Positions 14,051 to 28,050 of a stretch of 64,000 nt of DNA are shown in pieces. The translations under genes and the position numbers were made by a program. Below the pieces are notes generated by a model. It made no database searches. It was given only the letters and a program-made list of their open reading frames with translations, and was not told the origin of the DNA. Positions within the stretch are counted from its first letter, which is position 1. Each line of letters opens with the position of its first letter. Origin of the DNA: Eledone cirrhosa (Eukaryota); contig OZ024742.1 in the NCBI GenBank assembly GCA_964016885.1, forward strand, positions 241,490,001-241,554,000, given 5' to 3'.

Positions 14051-17000
14051 CAAGCCACTAACAGAAATGGAATTCCAAGCGACTAAAAGAAATGGAACTC
14101 CAAGCCACCAACAGAAATGGAACTCCAAGCTAACAACAAAAATGGACCTCCAAGCCACCAACAGAAATGAAACTCCAAGCCACCAACAGAAATGGAACTC
14201 CAAGCCACCAACAGAAATAAAACTCCAAGCCAATAACAGAAATGGAACTCTAAGCCTCCTACAGAAATGGAACTGCAAGCCACTAACATAAATGGAACTC
14301 CAAGCCACTAACAGAAATGGAACTCCAAGCCACCAACAGAAATGGAACTCCAAGCCACCAACAGAAATGGAACTCCAAGCCACCAACAGAAATGGAACTC
14401 CAAACCACCAACAGAAATGTAACTCCAAGCCACTAACAGAAATGGAACACCAAGCCACCAACAGAAATGGAACACCAAGCCACCAACAGAAATGGAACTC
14501 CAAGCCACCAACAGAAATGGAACTCCAAACCACCAACAGAAATGTAACTCCAAGCCAATAACAGAAATGGAACTCCAAGCCACTAACAGAAATGGAACTC
14601 CAAGCGACTAAAAGAAATGGAACTCCAAGCCACCAACAGAAATGGAACACCAAGCCACTAACAGAAATGGAACTCCAAGTAACCAACAGAAATGGAAATC
14701 CAAGCCACTAACAGAAATGGAACTCCAAGCCACCAACAGAAATGGAACTCCAAGCAACCAACAGAATTGGAACTCCAAGCCACCAACAGAAATGGAACTC
14801 CAAGCCACCAACAGAAATGGAACTCCAAACCACCAACAGAAATGGAACTCCAAGCCACCAACAGAAATGGAACTCCAAGCCATCAACAGAAATGGAACTC
14901 CAAGCCACCAACAGAAATGGAACTCCAAGCCACCAACAGAAATAAAACTCCAAGCTAACAACAAAAATGGACCTTCAAGCCACCAACAGAAATGAAACTC
15001 CCAGCCACCAACAGAAATGGAACTCCAAGCCAATAACAGAAATGGAACTCCAAGCCACCAACAGAAATGGAACACCAAGCCACCAACAGAAATGGAACTC
15101 CAAGCCACCAACAGAAATGGAACTCCAAACCACCAACAGAAATGTAACTCCAAGCCACCAACAGAAATGGAATTCCAAGCCATTAACAGAAATGGAACTC
15201 CAAGCCACCAACAGAAATGGAACTCCAAGCCACCAACAGAAATGGAACTCCAAGCCACCAACAGAAATGGAACTCCAAGCCACCAACAGAAATGGAACTC
15301 CAAGCCACTAACAGAAATGGAATTCCAAGCGACTAAAAGAAATGGAACTCCAAGCCACCAACAGAAATGAAACTCCAACCCACCAACAGAAATGGAAAAC
15401 CAAGCCACTAACAGAAATGGAACTCCAAGTAACCAACAGAAATGGAACTCCAAGCCACTAACAGAAATGGAACTCCAAGCCACCAACAGAAATGGAACTC
15501 CAAACCACCAACAGAAATGTAACTCCAAGCCACCAACAGAAATGGAATTCCAAGCCATTAACAGAAATGGAACTCCAAGCCACCAACAGAAATGGAACTC
15601 CAAGCCACCAACAGAAATGGAACTCCAAGCCACCAACAGAAATGAAACTCCAACCCACCAACAGAAATGGAAAACCAAGCCACTAACAGAAATGGAACTC
15701 CAAGTAACCAACAGAAATGGAACTCCAAGCCACTAACAGAAATGGAACTCCAAGCCACCAACAGAAATGGAACTCCAAACCACCAACAGAAATGTAACTC
15801 CAAGCCACTAACAGAAATGGAATTCCAAGCGACTAAAAGAAATGGAACTCCAAGCCACCAACAGAAATGGAACTCCAAGCTAACAACAAAAATGGACCTC
15901 CAAGCCACCAACAGAAATGAAACTCCAAGCCACCAACAGAAATGGAACTCCAAGCCACCAACAGAAATAAAACTCCAAGCCAATAACAGAAATGGAACTC
16001 TAAGCCTCCTACAGAAATGGAACTGCAAGCCACTAACATAAATGGAACTCCAAGCCACTAACAGAAATGGAACTCCAAGCCACCAACAGAAATGGAACTC
16101 CAAGCCACCAACAGAAATGGAACTCCAAGCCACCAACAGAAATGGAACTCCAAACCACCAACAGAAATGTAACTCCAAACCACTAACAGAAATGGAACAC
16201 CAAGCCACCAACAGAAATGGAACACCAAGCCACCAACAGAAATGGAACACCAAGCCACCAACAGAAATGGAACTCCAAGCCACCAACAGAAATGGAACTC
16301 CAAACCACCAACAGAAATGTAACTCCAAGCCAATAACAGAAATGGAACTCCAAGCCACTAACAGAAATGGAACTCCAAGCGACTAAAAGAAATGGAACTC
16401 CAAGCCACCAACAGAAATGGAACACCAAGCCACTAACAGAAATGGAACTCCAAGTAACCAACAGAAATGGAAATCCAAGCCACTAACAGAAATGGAACTC
16501 CAAGCCACCAACAGAAATGGAACTCCAAGCAACCAACAGAATTGGAACTCCAAGCCACCAACAGAAATGGAACTCCAAGCCACCAACAGAAATGGAACTC
16601 CAAACCACCAACAGAAATGGAACTCCAAGCCACCAACAGAAATGGAACTCCAAGCCATCAACAGAAATGGAACTCCAAGCCACCAACAGAAATGGAACTC
16701 CAAGCCACCAACAGAAATGGAACTCCAAGCCACCAACAGAAATGGAATTCCAAGCCATTAACAGAAATGGAACTCCAAGCCACCAACAGAAATGGAACTC
16801 CAAGCCACCAACAGAAATGGAACTCCAAGCCACCAACAGAAATGGAACTCCAAGCCACCAACAGAAATGGAACTCCAAGCCACTAACAGAAATGGAATTC
16901 CAAGCGACTAAAAGAAATGGAACTCCAAGCCACCAACAGAAATGAAACTCCAACCCACCAACAGAAATGGAAAACCAAGCCACTAACAGAAATGGAACTC

Positions 17001-20000
17001 CAAGTAACCAACAGAAATGGAACTCCAAGCCACTAACAGAAATGGAACTCCAAGCCACCAACAGAAATGGAACTCCAAACCACCAACAGAAATGTAACTC
17101 CAAGCCACCAACAGAAATGGAATTCCAAGCCATTAACAGAAATGGAACTCCAAGCCACCAACAGAAATGGAACTCCAAGCCACCAACAGAAATGGAACTC
17201 CAAGCCACCAACAGAAATGAAACTCCAACCCACCAACAGAAATGGAAAAACCAAGCCACTAACAGAAATGGAACTCCAAGTAACCAACAGAAATGGAACT
17301 CCAAGCCACTAACAGAAATGGAACTCCAAGCCACCAACAGAAATGGAACTCCAAACCACCAACAGAAATGTAACTCCAAGCCACTAACAGAAATGGAATT
17401 CCAAGCGACTAAAAGAAATGGAACTCCAAGCCACCAACAGAAATGGAACTCCAAGCTAACAACAAAAATGGACCTCCAAGCCACCAACAGAAATGAAACT
17501 CCAAGCCACCAACAGAAATGGAACTCCAAGCCACCAACAGAAATAAAACTCCAAGCCAATAACAGAAATGGAACTCTAAACCTCCTACAGAAATGGAACA
17601 GCAAGCCACTAACATAAATGGAACTCCAAGCCACTAACAGAAATGGAACTCCAAGCCACCAACAGAAATGGAACTCCAAGCCACCAACAGAAATGGAACT
17701 CCAAGCCACCAACAGAAATGGAACTCCAAACCACCAACAGAAATGTAACTCCAAGCCACTAACAGAAATGGAACACCAAGCCACCAACAGAAATGGAACA
17801 CCAAGCCACCAACAGAAATGGAACTCCAAGCCACCAACAGAAATGGAACTCCAAACCACCAACAGAAATGTAAATCCAAGCCAATAACAGAAATGGAACT
17901 CCAAGCCACTAACAGAAATGGAACTCCAAGCGACTAAAAGAAATGGAACTCCAAGCCACCAACAGAAATGGAACACCAAGCCACTAACAGAAATGGAACT
18001 CCAAGTAACCAACAGAAATGGAAATCCAAGCCACTAACAGAAATGGAACTCCAAGCCACCAACAGAAATGGAACTCCAAGCAACCAACAGAATTGGAACT
18101 CCAAGCCACCAACAGAAATGGAACTCCAAGCCACCAACAGAAATGGAACTCCAAACCACCAACAGAAATGGAACTCCAAGCCACCAACAGAAATGGAACT
18201 CCAAGCCATCAACAGAAATGGAACTCCAAGCCACCAACAGAAATGGAACTCCAAGCCACCAACAGAAATAAAACTCCAAGCTAACAACAAAAATGGACCT
18301 TCAAGCCACCAACAGAAATGAAACTCCCAGCCACCAACAGAAATGGAACTCCAAGCCAATAACAGAAATGGAACTCCAAGCCACCAACAGAAATGGAACA
18401 CCAAGCCACCAACAGAAATGGAACTCCAAGCCACCAACAGAAATGGAACTCCAAACCACCAACAGAAATGTAACTCCAAGCCACCAACAGAAATGGAATT
18501 CCAAGCCATTAACAGAAATGGAACTCCAAGCCACCAACAGAAATGGAACTCCAAGCCACCAACAGAAATGGAACTCCAAGCCACCAACAGAAATGGAACT
18601 CCAAGCCACCAACAGAAATGGAACTCCAAGCCACTAACAGAAATGGAATTCCAAGCGACTAAAAGAAATGGAACTCCAAGCCACCAACAGAAATGAAACT
18701 CCAACCCACCAACAGAAATGGAAAACCAAGCCACTAACAGAAATGGAACTCCAAGTAACCAACAGAAATGGAACTCCAAGCCACTAACAGAAATGGAACT
18801 CCAAGCCACCAACAGAAATGGAACTCCAAACCACCAACAGAAATGTAACTCCAAGCCACCAACAGAAATGGAATTCCAAGCCATTAACAGAAATGGAACT
18901 CCAAGCCACCAACAGAAATGGAACTCCAAGCCACCAACAGAAATGGAACTCCAAGCCACCAACAGAAATGAAACTCCAACCTACCAACAGAAATGGAAAA
19001 CCAAGCCACTAACAGAAATGGAACTCCAAGTAACCAACAGAAATGGAACTCCAAGCCACTAACAGAAATGGAACTCCAAGCCACCAACAGAAATGGAACT
19101 CCAAACCACCAACAGAAATGTAACTCCAAGCCACTAACAGAAATGGAATTCCAAGCCATTAACAGAAATGGAACTCCAAGCCACCAACAGAAATGGAACT
19201 CCAAGCCACCAACAGAAATGGAACTCCAAGCCACCAACAGAAATGAAACTCCAACCCACCAACAGAAATGGAAAACCAAGCCACTAACAGAAATGGAACT
19301 CCAAGTAACCAACAGAAATGGAACTCCAAGCCACTAACAGAAATGGAACTCCAAGCCACCAACAGAAATGGAACTCCAAACCACCAACAGAAATGTAACT
19401 CCAAGCCACTAACAGAAATGGAATTCCAAGCGACTAAAAGAAATGGAACTCCAAGCCACCAACAGAAATGGAACTCCAAGCTAACAACAAAAATGGACCT
19501 CCAAGCCACCAACAGAAATGAAACTCCAAGCCACCAACAGAAATGGAACTCCAAGCCACCAACAGAAATAAAACTCCAAGCCAATAACAGAAATGGAACT
19601 CTAAGCCTCCTACAGAAATGGAACTGCAAGCCACTAACATAAATGGAACTCCAAGCCACTAACAGAAATGGAACTCCAAGCCACCAACAGAAATGGAACT
19701 CCAAGCCACCAACAGAAATGGAACTCCAAGCCACCAACAGAAATGGAACTCCAAACCACCAACAGAAATGTAACTCCAAGCCACTAACAGAAATGGAACA
19801 CCAAGCCACCAACAGAAATGGAACACCAAGCCACCAACAGAAATGGAACTCCAAGCCACCAACAGAAATGGAACTCCAAACCACCAACAGAAATGTAACT
19901 CCAAGCCAATAACAGAAATGGAACTCCAAGCCACTAACAGAAATGGAACTCCAAGCGACTAAAAGAAATGGAACTCCAAGCCACCAACAGAAATGGAACA

Positions 20001-23000
20001 CCAAGCCACTAACAGAAATGGAACTCCAAGTAACCAACAGAAATGGAAATCCAAGCCACTAACAGAAATGGAACTCCAAGCCACCAACAGAAATGGAACT
20101 CCAAGCAACCAACAGAAATGGAACTCCAAGCCACCAACAGAAATGGAACTCCAAGCCACCAACAGAAATGGAACTCCAAGCCACCAACAGAAATGGAACT
20201 CCAAGCCACCAACAGAAATGGAACTCCAAGCCACCAACAGAAATGGAACTCCAAGCCACCAACAGAAATGGAACTCCAAGCCACCAACAGAAATAAAACT
20301 CCAAGCTAACAACAAAAATGGACCTTCAAGCCACCAACAGAAATGAAACTCCCAGCCACCAACAGAAATGGAACTCCAAGCCAATAACAGAAATGGAACT
20401 CCAAGCCACCAACAGAAATGGAACACCAAACCACCAACAGAAATGGAACTCCAAGCCACCAACAGAAATGGAACTCCAAGCCACCAACAGAAATGGAACT
20501 CCAAGCCACCAACAGAAATGGAACTCCAAGCCACCAACAGAAATGGAACTCCAAGCCACCAACAGAAATAAAACTCCAAGCTAACAACAAAAATGGACCT
20601 TCAAGCCACCAACAGAAATGAAACTCCCAGCCACCAACAGAAATGGAACTCCAAGCCAATAACAGAAATGGAACTCCAAGCCACCAACAGAAATGGAACA
20701 CCAAGCCACCAACAGAAATGGAACTCCAAGCCACCAACAGAAATGGAACTCCAAACCACCAACAGAAATGTAACTCCAAGCCACCAACAGAAATGGAATT
20801 CCAAGCCATTAACAGAAATGGAACTCCAAGCCACCAACAGAAATGGAACTCCAAGCCACCAACAGAAATGGAATTCCAAGCCCTTAACAGAAATGGAACT
20901 CCAAGCCACCAACAGAAATGGAACTCCAAGCCACCAACAGAAATGGAACTCCAAGCCACCAACAGAAATGAAACTCCAACCCACCAACAGAAATGTAACT
21001 CCAAGCCACCAACAGAAATGGAATTCCAAGCCATTAACAGAAATGGAACTCCAAGCCACCAACAGAAATGGAACTCCAAGCCACCAACAGAAATGGAACT
21101 CCAAGCCACCAACAGAAATGGAACTCCAAGCCACCAACAGAAATGGAACTCCAAGCCACCAACAGAAATGGAACTCCAAGCCACCAACAGAAATAAAAAT
21201 CCAAGCTAACAACAAAAATGGACCTTCAAGCCACCAACAGAAATGAAACTCCCAGCCACCAACAGAAATGGTACTCCAAGCCAATAACAGAAATGGAACT
21301 CCAAGCCACCAACAGAAATGGAACACCAAGCCACCAACAGAAATGGAACTCCAAGCCACCAACAGAAATGGAACTCCAAACCACCAACAGAAATGTAACT
21401 CCAAGCCACCAACAGAAATGGAATTCCAAGCCATTAACAGAAATGGAACTCCAAGCCACCAACAGAAATGGAACTCCAAGCCACCAACAGAAATGGAACT
21501 CCAAGCCACCAACAGAAATGGAACTCCAAGCCACCAACAGAAATGGAACTCCAAGCCACTAACAGAAATGGAATTCCAAGCGACTAAAAGAAATGGAACT
21601 CCAAGCCACCAACAGAAATGAAACTCCAACCCACCAACAGAAATGGAAAACCAAGCCACTAACAGAAATGGAACTCCAAGTAACCAACAGAAATGGAACT
21701 CCAAGCCACTAACAGAAATGGAACTCCAAGCCACCAACAGAAATGGAACTCCAAACCACCAACAGAAATGTAACTCCAAGCCACCAACAGAAATGGAATT
21801 CCAAGCCATTAACAGAAATGGAACTCCAAGCCACCAACAGAAATGGAACTCCAAGCCACCAACAGAAATGGAACTCCAAGCCACCAACAGAAATGAAACT
21901 CCAACCCACCAACAGAAATGGAAAACCAAGCCACTAACAGAAATGGAACTCCAAGTAACCAACAGAAATGGAACTCCAAGCCACTAACAGAAATGGAACT
22001 CCAAGCCACCAACAGAAATGGAACTCCAAACCACCAACAGAAATGTAACTCCAAGCCACTAACAGAAATGGAATTCCAAGCGACTAAAAGAAATGGAACT
22101 CCAAGCCACCAACAGAAATGGAACTCCAAGCTAACAACAAAAATGGACCTCCAAGCCACCAACAGAAATGAAACTCCAAGCCACCAACAGAAATGGAACT
22201 CCAAGCCACCAACAGAAATAAAACTCCAAGCCAATAACAGAAATGGAACTCTAAGCCTCCTACAGAAATGGAACTGCAAGCCACTAACATAAATGGAACT
22301 CCAAGCCACTAACAGAAATGGAACTCCAAGCCACCAACAGAAATGGAACTCCAAGCCACCAACAGAAATGGAACTCCAAGCCACCAACAGAAATGGAACT
22401 CCAAACCACCAACAGAAATGTAACTCCAAGCCACTAACAGAAATGGAACACCAAGCCACCAACAGAAATGGAACACCAAGCCACCAACAGAAATGGAACT
22501 CCAAGCCACCAACAGAAATGGAACTCCAAACCACCAACAGAAATGTAACTCCAAGCCAATAACAGAAATGGAACTCCAAGCCACTAACAGAAATGGAACT
22601 CCAAGCGACTAAAAGAAATGGAACTCCAAGCCACCAACAGAAATGGAACACCAAGCCACTAACAGAAATGGAACTCCAAGTAACCAACAGAAATGGAAAT
22701 CCAAGCCACTAACAGAAATGGAACTCCAAGCCACCAACAGAAATGGAACTCCAAGCAACCAACAGAATTGGAACTCCAAGCCACCAACAGAAATGGAACT
22801 CCAAGCCACCAACAGAAATGGAACTCCAAACCACCAACAGAAATGGAACTCCAAGCCACCAACAGAAATGGAACTCCAAGCCATCAACAGAAATGGAACT
22901 CCAAGCCACCAACAGAAATGGAACTCCAAGCCACCAACAGAAATAAAACTCCAAGCTAACAACAAAAATGGACCTTCAAGCCACCAACAGAAATGAAACT

Positions 23001-26000
23001 CCCAGCCACCAACAGAAATGGAACTCCAAGCCAATAACAGAAATGGAACTCCAAGCCACCAACAGAAATGGAACACCAAGCCACCAACAGAAATGGAACT
23101 CCAAGCCACCAACAGAAATGGAACTCCAAACCACCAACAGAAATGTAACTCCAAGCCACCAACAGAAATGGAATTCCAAGCCATTAACAGAAATGGAACT
23201 CCAAGCCACCAACAGAAATGGAACTCCAAGCCACCAACAGAAATGGAACTCCAAGCCACCAACAGAAATGGAACTCCAAGCCACCAACAGAAATGGAACT
23301 CCAAGCCACTAACAGAAATGGAATTCCAAGCGACTAAAAGAAATGGAACTCCAAGCCACCAACAGAAATGAAACTCCAACCCACCAACAGAAATGGAAAA
23401 CCAAGCCACTAACAGAAATGGAACTCCAAGTAACCAACAGAAATGGAACTCCAAGCCACTAACAGAAATGGAACTCCAAGCCACCAACAGAAATGGAACT
23501 CCAAACCACCAACAGAAATGTAACTCCAAGCCACCAACAGAAATGGAATTCCAAGCCATTAACAGAAATGGAACTCCAAGCCACCAACAGAAATGGAACT
23601 CCAAGCCACCAACAGAAATGGAACTCCAAGCCACCAACAGAAATGAAACTCCAACCCACCAACAGAAATGGAAAACCAAGCCACTAACAGAAATGGAACT
23701 CCAAGTAACCAACAGAAATGGAACTCCAAGCCACTAACAGAAATGGAACTCCAAGCCACCAACAGAAATGGAACTCCAAACCACCAACAGAAATGTAACT
23801 CCAAGCCACTAACAGAAATGGAATTCCAAGCGACTAAAAGAAATGGAACTCCAAGCCACCAACAGAAATGGAACTCCAAGCTAACAACAAAAATGGACCT
23901 CCAAGCCACCAACAGAAATGAAACTCCAAGCCACCAACAGAAATGGAACTCCAAGCCACCAACAGAAATAAAACTCCAAGCCAATAACAGAAATGGAACT
24001 CTAAGCCTCCTACAGAAATGGAACTGCAAGCCACTAACATAAATGGAACTCCAAGCCACTAACAGAAATGGAACTCCAAGCCACCAACAGAAATGGAACT
24101 CCAAGCCACCAACAGAAATGGAACTCCAAGCCACCAACAGAAATGGAACTCCAAACCACCAACAGAAATGTAACTCCAAACCACTAACAGAAATGGAACA
24201 CCAAGCCACCAACAGAAATGGAACACCAAGCCACCAACAGAAATGGAACACCAAGCCACCAACAGAAATGGAACTCCAAGCCACCAACAGAAATGGAACT
24301 CCAAACCACCAACAGAAATGTAACTCCAAGCCAATAACAGAAATGGAACTCCAAGCCACTAACAGAAATGGAACTCCAAGCGACTAAAAGAAATGGAACT
24401 CCAAGCCACCAACAGAAATGGAACACCAAGCCACTAACAGAAATGGAACTCCAAGTAACCAACAGAAATGGAAATCCAAGCCACTAACAGAAATGGAACT
24501 CCAAGCCACCAACAGAAATGGAACTCCAAGCAACCAACAGAATTGGAACTCCAAGCCACCAACAGAAATGGAACTCCAAGCCACCAACAGAAATGGAACT
24601 CCAAACCACCAACAGAAATGGAACTCCAAGCCACCAACAGAAATGGAACTCCAAGCCATCAACAGAAATGGAACTCCAAGCCACCAACAGAAATGGAACT
24701 CCAAGCCACCAACAGAAATGGAACTCCAAGCCACCAACAGAAATGGAATTCCAAGCCATTAACAGAAATGGAACTCCAAGCCACCAACAGAAATGGAACT
24801 CCAAGCCACCAACAGAAATGGAACTCCAAGCCACCAACAGAAATGGAACTCCAAGCCACCAACAGAAATGGAACTCCAAGCCACTAACAGAAATGGAATT
24901 CCAAGCGACTAAAAGAAATGGAACTCCAAGCCACCAACAGAAATGAAACTCCAACCCACCAACAGAAATGGAAAACCAAGCCACTAACAGAAATGGAACT
25001 CCAAGTAACCAACAGAAATGGAACTCCAAGCCACTAACAGAAATGGAACTCCAAGCCACCAACAGAAATGGAACTCCAAACCACCAACAGAAATGTAACT
25101 CCAAGCCACCAACAGAAATGGAATTCCAAGCCATTAACAGAAATGGAACTCCAAGCCACCAACAGAAATGGAACTCCAAGCCACCAACAGAAATGGAACT
25201 CCAAGCCACCAACAGAAATGAAACTCCAACCCACCAACAGAAATGGAAAACCAAGCCACTAACAGAAATGGAACTCCAAGTAACCAACAGAAATGGAACT
25301 CCAAGCCACTAACAGAAATGGAACTCCAAGCCACCAACAGAAATGGAACTCCAAACCACCAACAGAAATGTAACTCCAAGCCACTAACAGAAATGGAATT
25401 CCAAGCGACTAAAAGAAATGGAACTCCAAGCCACCAACAGAAATGGAACTCCAAGCTAACAACAAAAATGGACCTCCAAGCCACCAACAGAAATGAAACT
25501 CCAAGCCACCAACAGAAATGGAACTCCAAGCCACCAACAGAAATAAAACTCCAAGCCAATAACAGAAATGGAACTCTAAACCTCCTACAGAAATGGAACA
25601 GCAAGCCACTAACATAAATGGAACTCCAAGCCACTAACAGAAATGGAACTCCAAGCCACCAACAGAAATGGAACTCCAAGCCACCAACAGAAATGGAACT
25701 CCAAGCCACCAACAGAAATGGAACTCCAAACCACCAACAGAAATGTAACTCCAAGCCACTAACAGAAATGGAACACCAAGCCACCAACAGAAATGGAACA
25801 CCAAGCCACCAACAGAAATGGAACTCCAAGCCACCAACAGAAATGGAACTCCAAACCACCAACAGAAATGTAACTCCAAGCCAATAACAGAAATGGAACT
25901 CCAAGCCACTAACAGAAATGGAACTCCAAGCGACTAAAAGAAATGGAACTCCAAGCCACCAACAGAAATGGAACACCAAGCCACTAACAGAAATGGAACT

Positions 26001-27150
26001 CCAAGTAGCCAACAGAAATGGAAATCCAAGCCACTAACAGAAATGGAACTCCAAGCCACCAACAGAAATGGAACTCCAAGCAACCAACAGAATTGGAACT
26101 CCAAGCCACCAACAGAAATGGAACTCCAAGCCACCAACAGAAATGGAACTCCAAACCACCAACAGAAATGGAACTCCAAGCCACCAACAGAAATGGAACT
26201 CCAAGCCATCAACAGAAATGGAACTCCAAGCCACCAACAGAAATGGAACTCCAAGCCACCAACAGAAATAAAACTCCAAGCTAACAACAAAAATGGACCT
26301 TCAAGCCACCAACAGAAATGAAACTCCCAGCCACCAACAGAAATGGAACTCCAAGCCAATAACAGAAATGGAACTCCAAGCCACCAACAGAAATGGAACA
26401 CCAAGCCACCAACAGAAATGGAACTCCAAGCCACCAACAGAAATGGAACTCCAAACCACCAACAGAAATGTAACTCCAAGCCACCAACAGAAATGGAATT
26501 CCAAGCCATTAACAGAAATGGAACTCCAAGCCACCAACAGAAATGGAACTCCAAGCCACCAACAGAAATGGAACTCCAAGCCACCAACAGAAATGGAACT
26601 CCAAGCCACCAACAGAAATGGAACTCCAAGCCACTAACAGAAATGGAATTCCAAGCGACTAAAAGAAATGGAACTCCAAGCCACCAACAGAAATGAAACT
26701 CCAACCCACCAACAGAAATGGAAAACCAAGCCACTAACAGAAATGGAACTCCAAGTAACCAACAGAAATGGAACTCCAAGCCACTAACAGAAATGGAACT
26801 CCAAGCCACCAACAGAAATGGAACTCCAAACCACCAACAGAAATGTAACTCCAAGCCACCAACAGAAATGGAATTCCAAGCCATTAACAGAAATGGAACT
26901 CCAAGCCACCAACAGAAATGGAACTCCAAGCCACCAACAGAAATGGAACTCCAAGCCACCAACAGAAATGAAACTCCAACCCACCAACAGAAATGGAAAA
27001 CCAAGCCACTAACAGAAATGGAACTCCAAGTAACCAACAGAAATGGAACTCCAAGCCACTAACAGAAATGGAACTCCAAGCCACCAACAGAAATGGAACT
27101 CCAAACCACCAACAGAAATGTAACTCCAAGCCACTAACAGAAATGGAATT
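10700..27150 (+). repeat. Tandem block duplication, 8,000-bp period (320 monomers), near-identical copies
   Basis: The ORF track repeats at offset 8001 (11158/19159, 12600/20601, 14608/22609, 16383/24384) and at 8000 after the +1 insertion (17618/25618, 17934/25934). The variant TAAACCTCCTACAGAAATGGAACAGC is seen only at 17577 and 25577. Confidence 0.92.
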
Positions 27151-28050
27151 CCAAGCGACTAAAAGAAATGGAACTCCAAGCCACCAACAGAAATGGAACT
27201 CCAAGCTAACAACAAAAATGGACCTCCAAGCCACCAACAGAAATGAAACTCCAAGCCACCAACAGAAATGGAACTCCAAGCCACCAACAGAAATAAAACT
27301 CCAAGCCAATAACAGAAATGGAACTCTAAGCCTCCTACAGAAATGGAACTGCAAGCCACTAACATAAATGGAACTCCAAGCCACTAACAGAAATGGAACT
27401 CCAAGCCACCAACAGAAATGGAACTCCAAGCCACCAACAGAAATGGAACTCCAAGCCACCAACAGAAATGGAACTCCAAACCACCAACAGAAATGTAACT
27501 CCAAACCACTAACAGAAATGGAACACCAAGCCACCAACAGAAATGGAACACCAAGCCACCAACAGAAATGGAACACCAAGCCACCAACAGAAATGGAACT
27601 CCAAGCCACCAACAGAAATGGAACTCCAAACCACCAACAGAAATGTAACTCCAAGCCAATAACAGAAATGGAACTCCAAGCCACTAACAGAAATGGAACT
27701 CCAAGCGACTAAAAGAAATGGAACTCCAAGCCACCAACAGAAATGGAACACCAAGCCACTAACAGAAATGGAACTCCAAGTAACCAACAGAAATGGAAAT
27801 CCAAGCCACTAACAGAAATGGAACTCCAAGCCACCAACAGAAATGGAACTCCAAGCAACCAACAGAATTGGAACTCCAAGCCACCAACAGAAATGGAACT
27901 CCAAGCCACCAACAGAAATGGAACTCCAAACCACCAACAGAAATGGAACTCCAAGCCACCAACAGAAATGGAACTCCAAGCCATCAACAGAAATGGAACT
28001 CCAAGCCACCAACAGAAATGGAACTCCAAGCCACCAACAGAAATAAAACT
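22600..28050 (+). repeat. Block duplication at 3,325-bp offset (133 monomers), overlapping the 8-kb duplication
   Basis: ORF pairs 22609/25934, 23559/26884 and 24043/27368. The variant GTAACTCCAAACCACTA followed by three AACAC monomers occurs at ~24170 and ~27495 (also ~16170). Confidence 0.8.
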
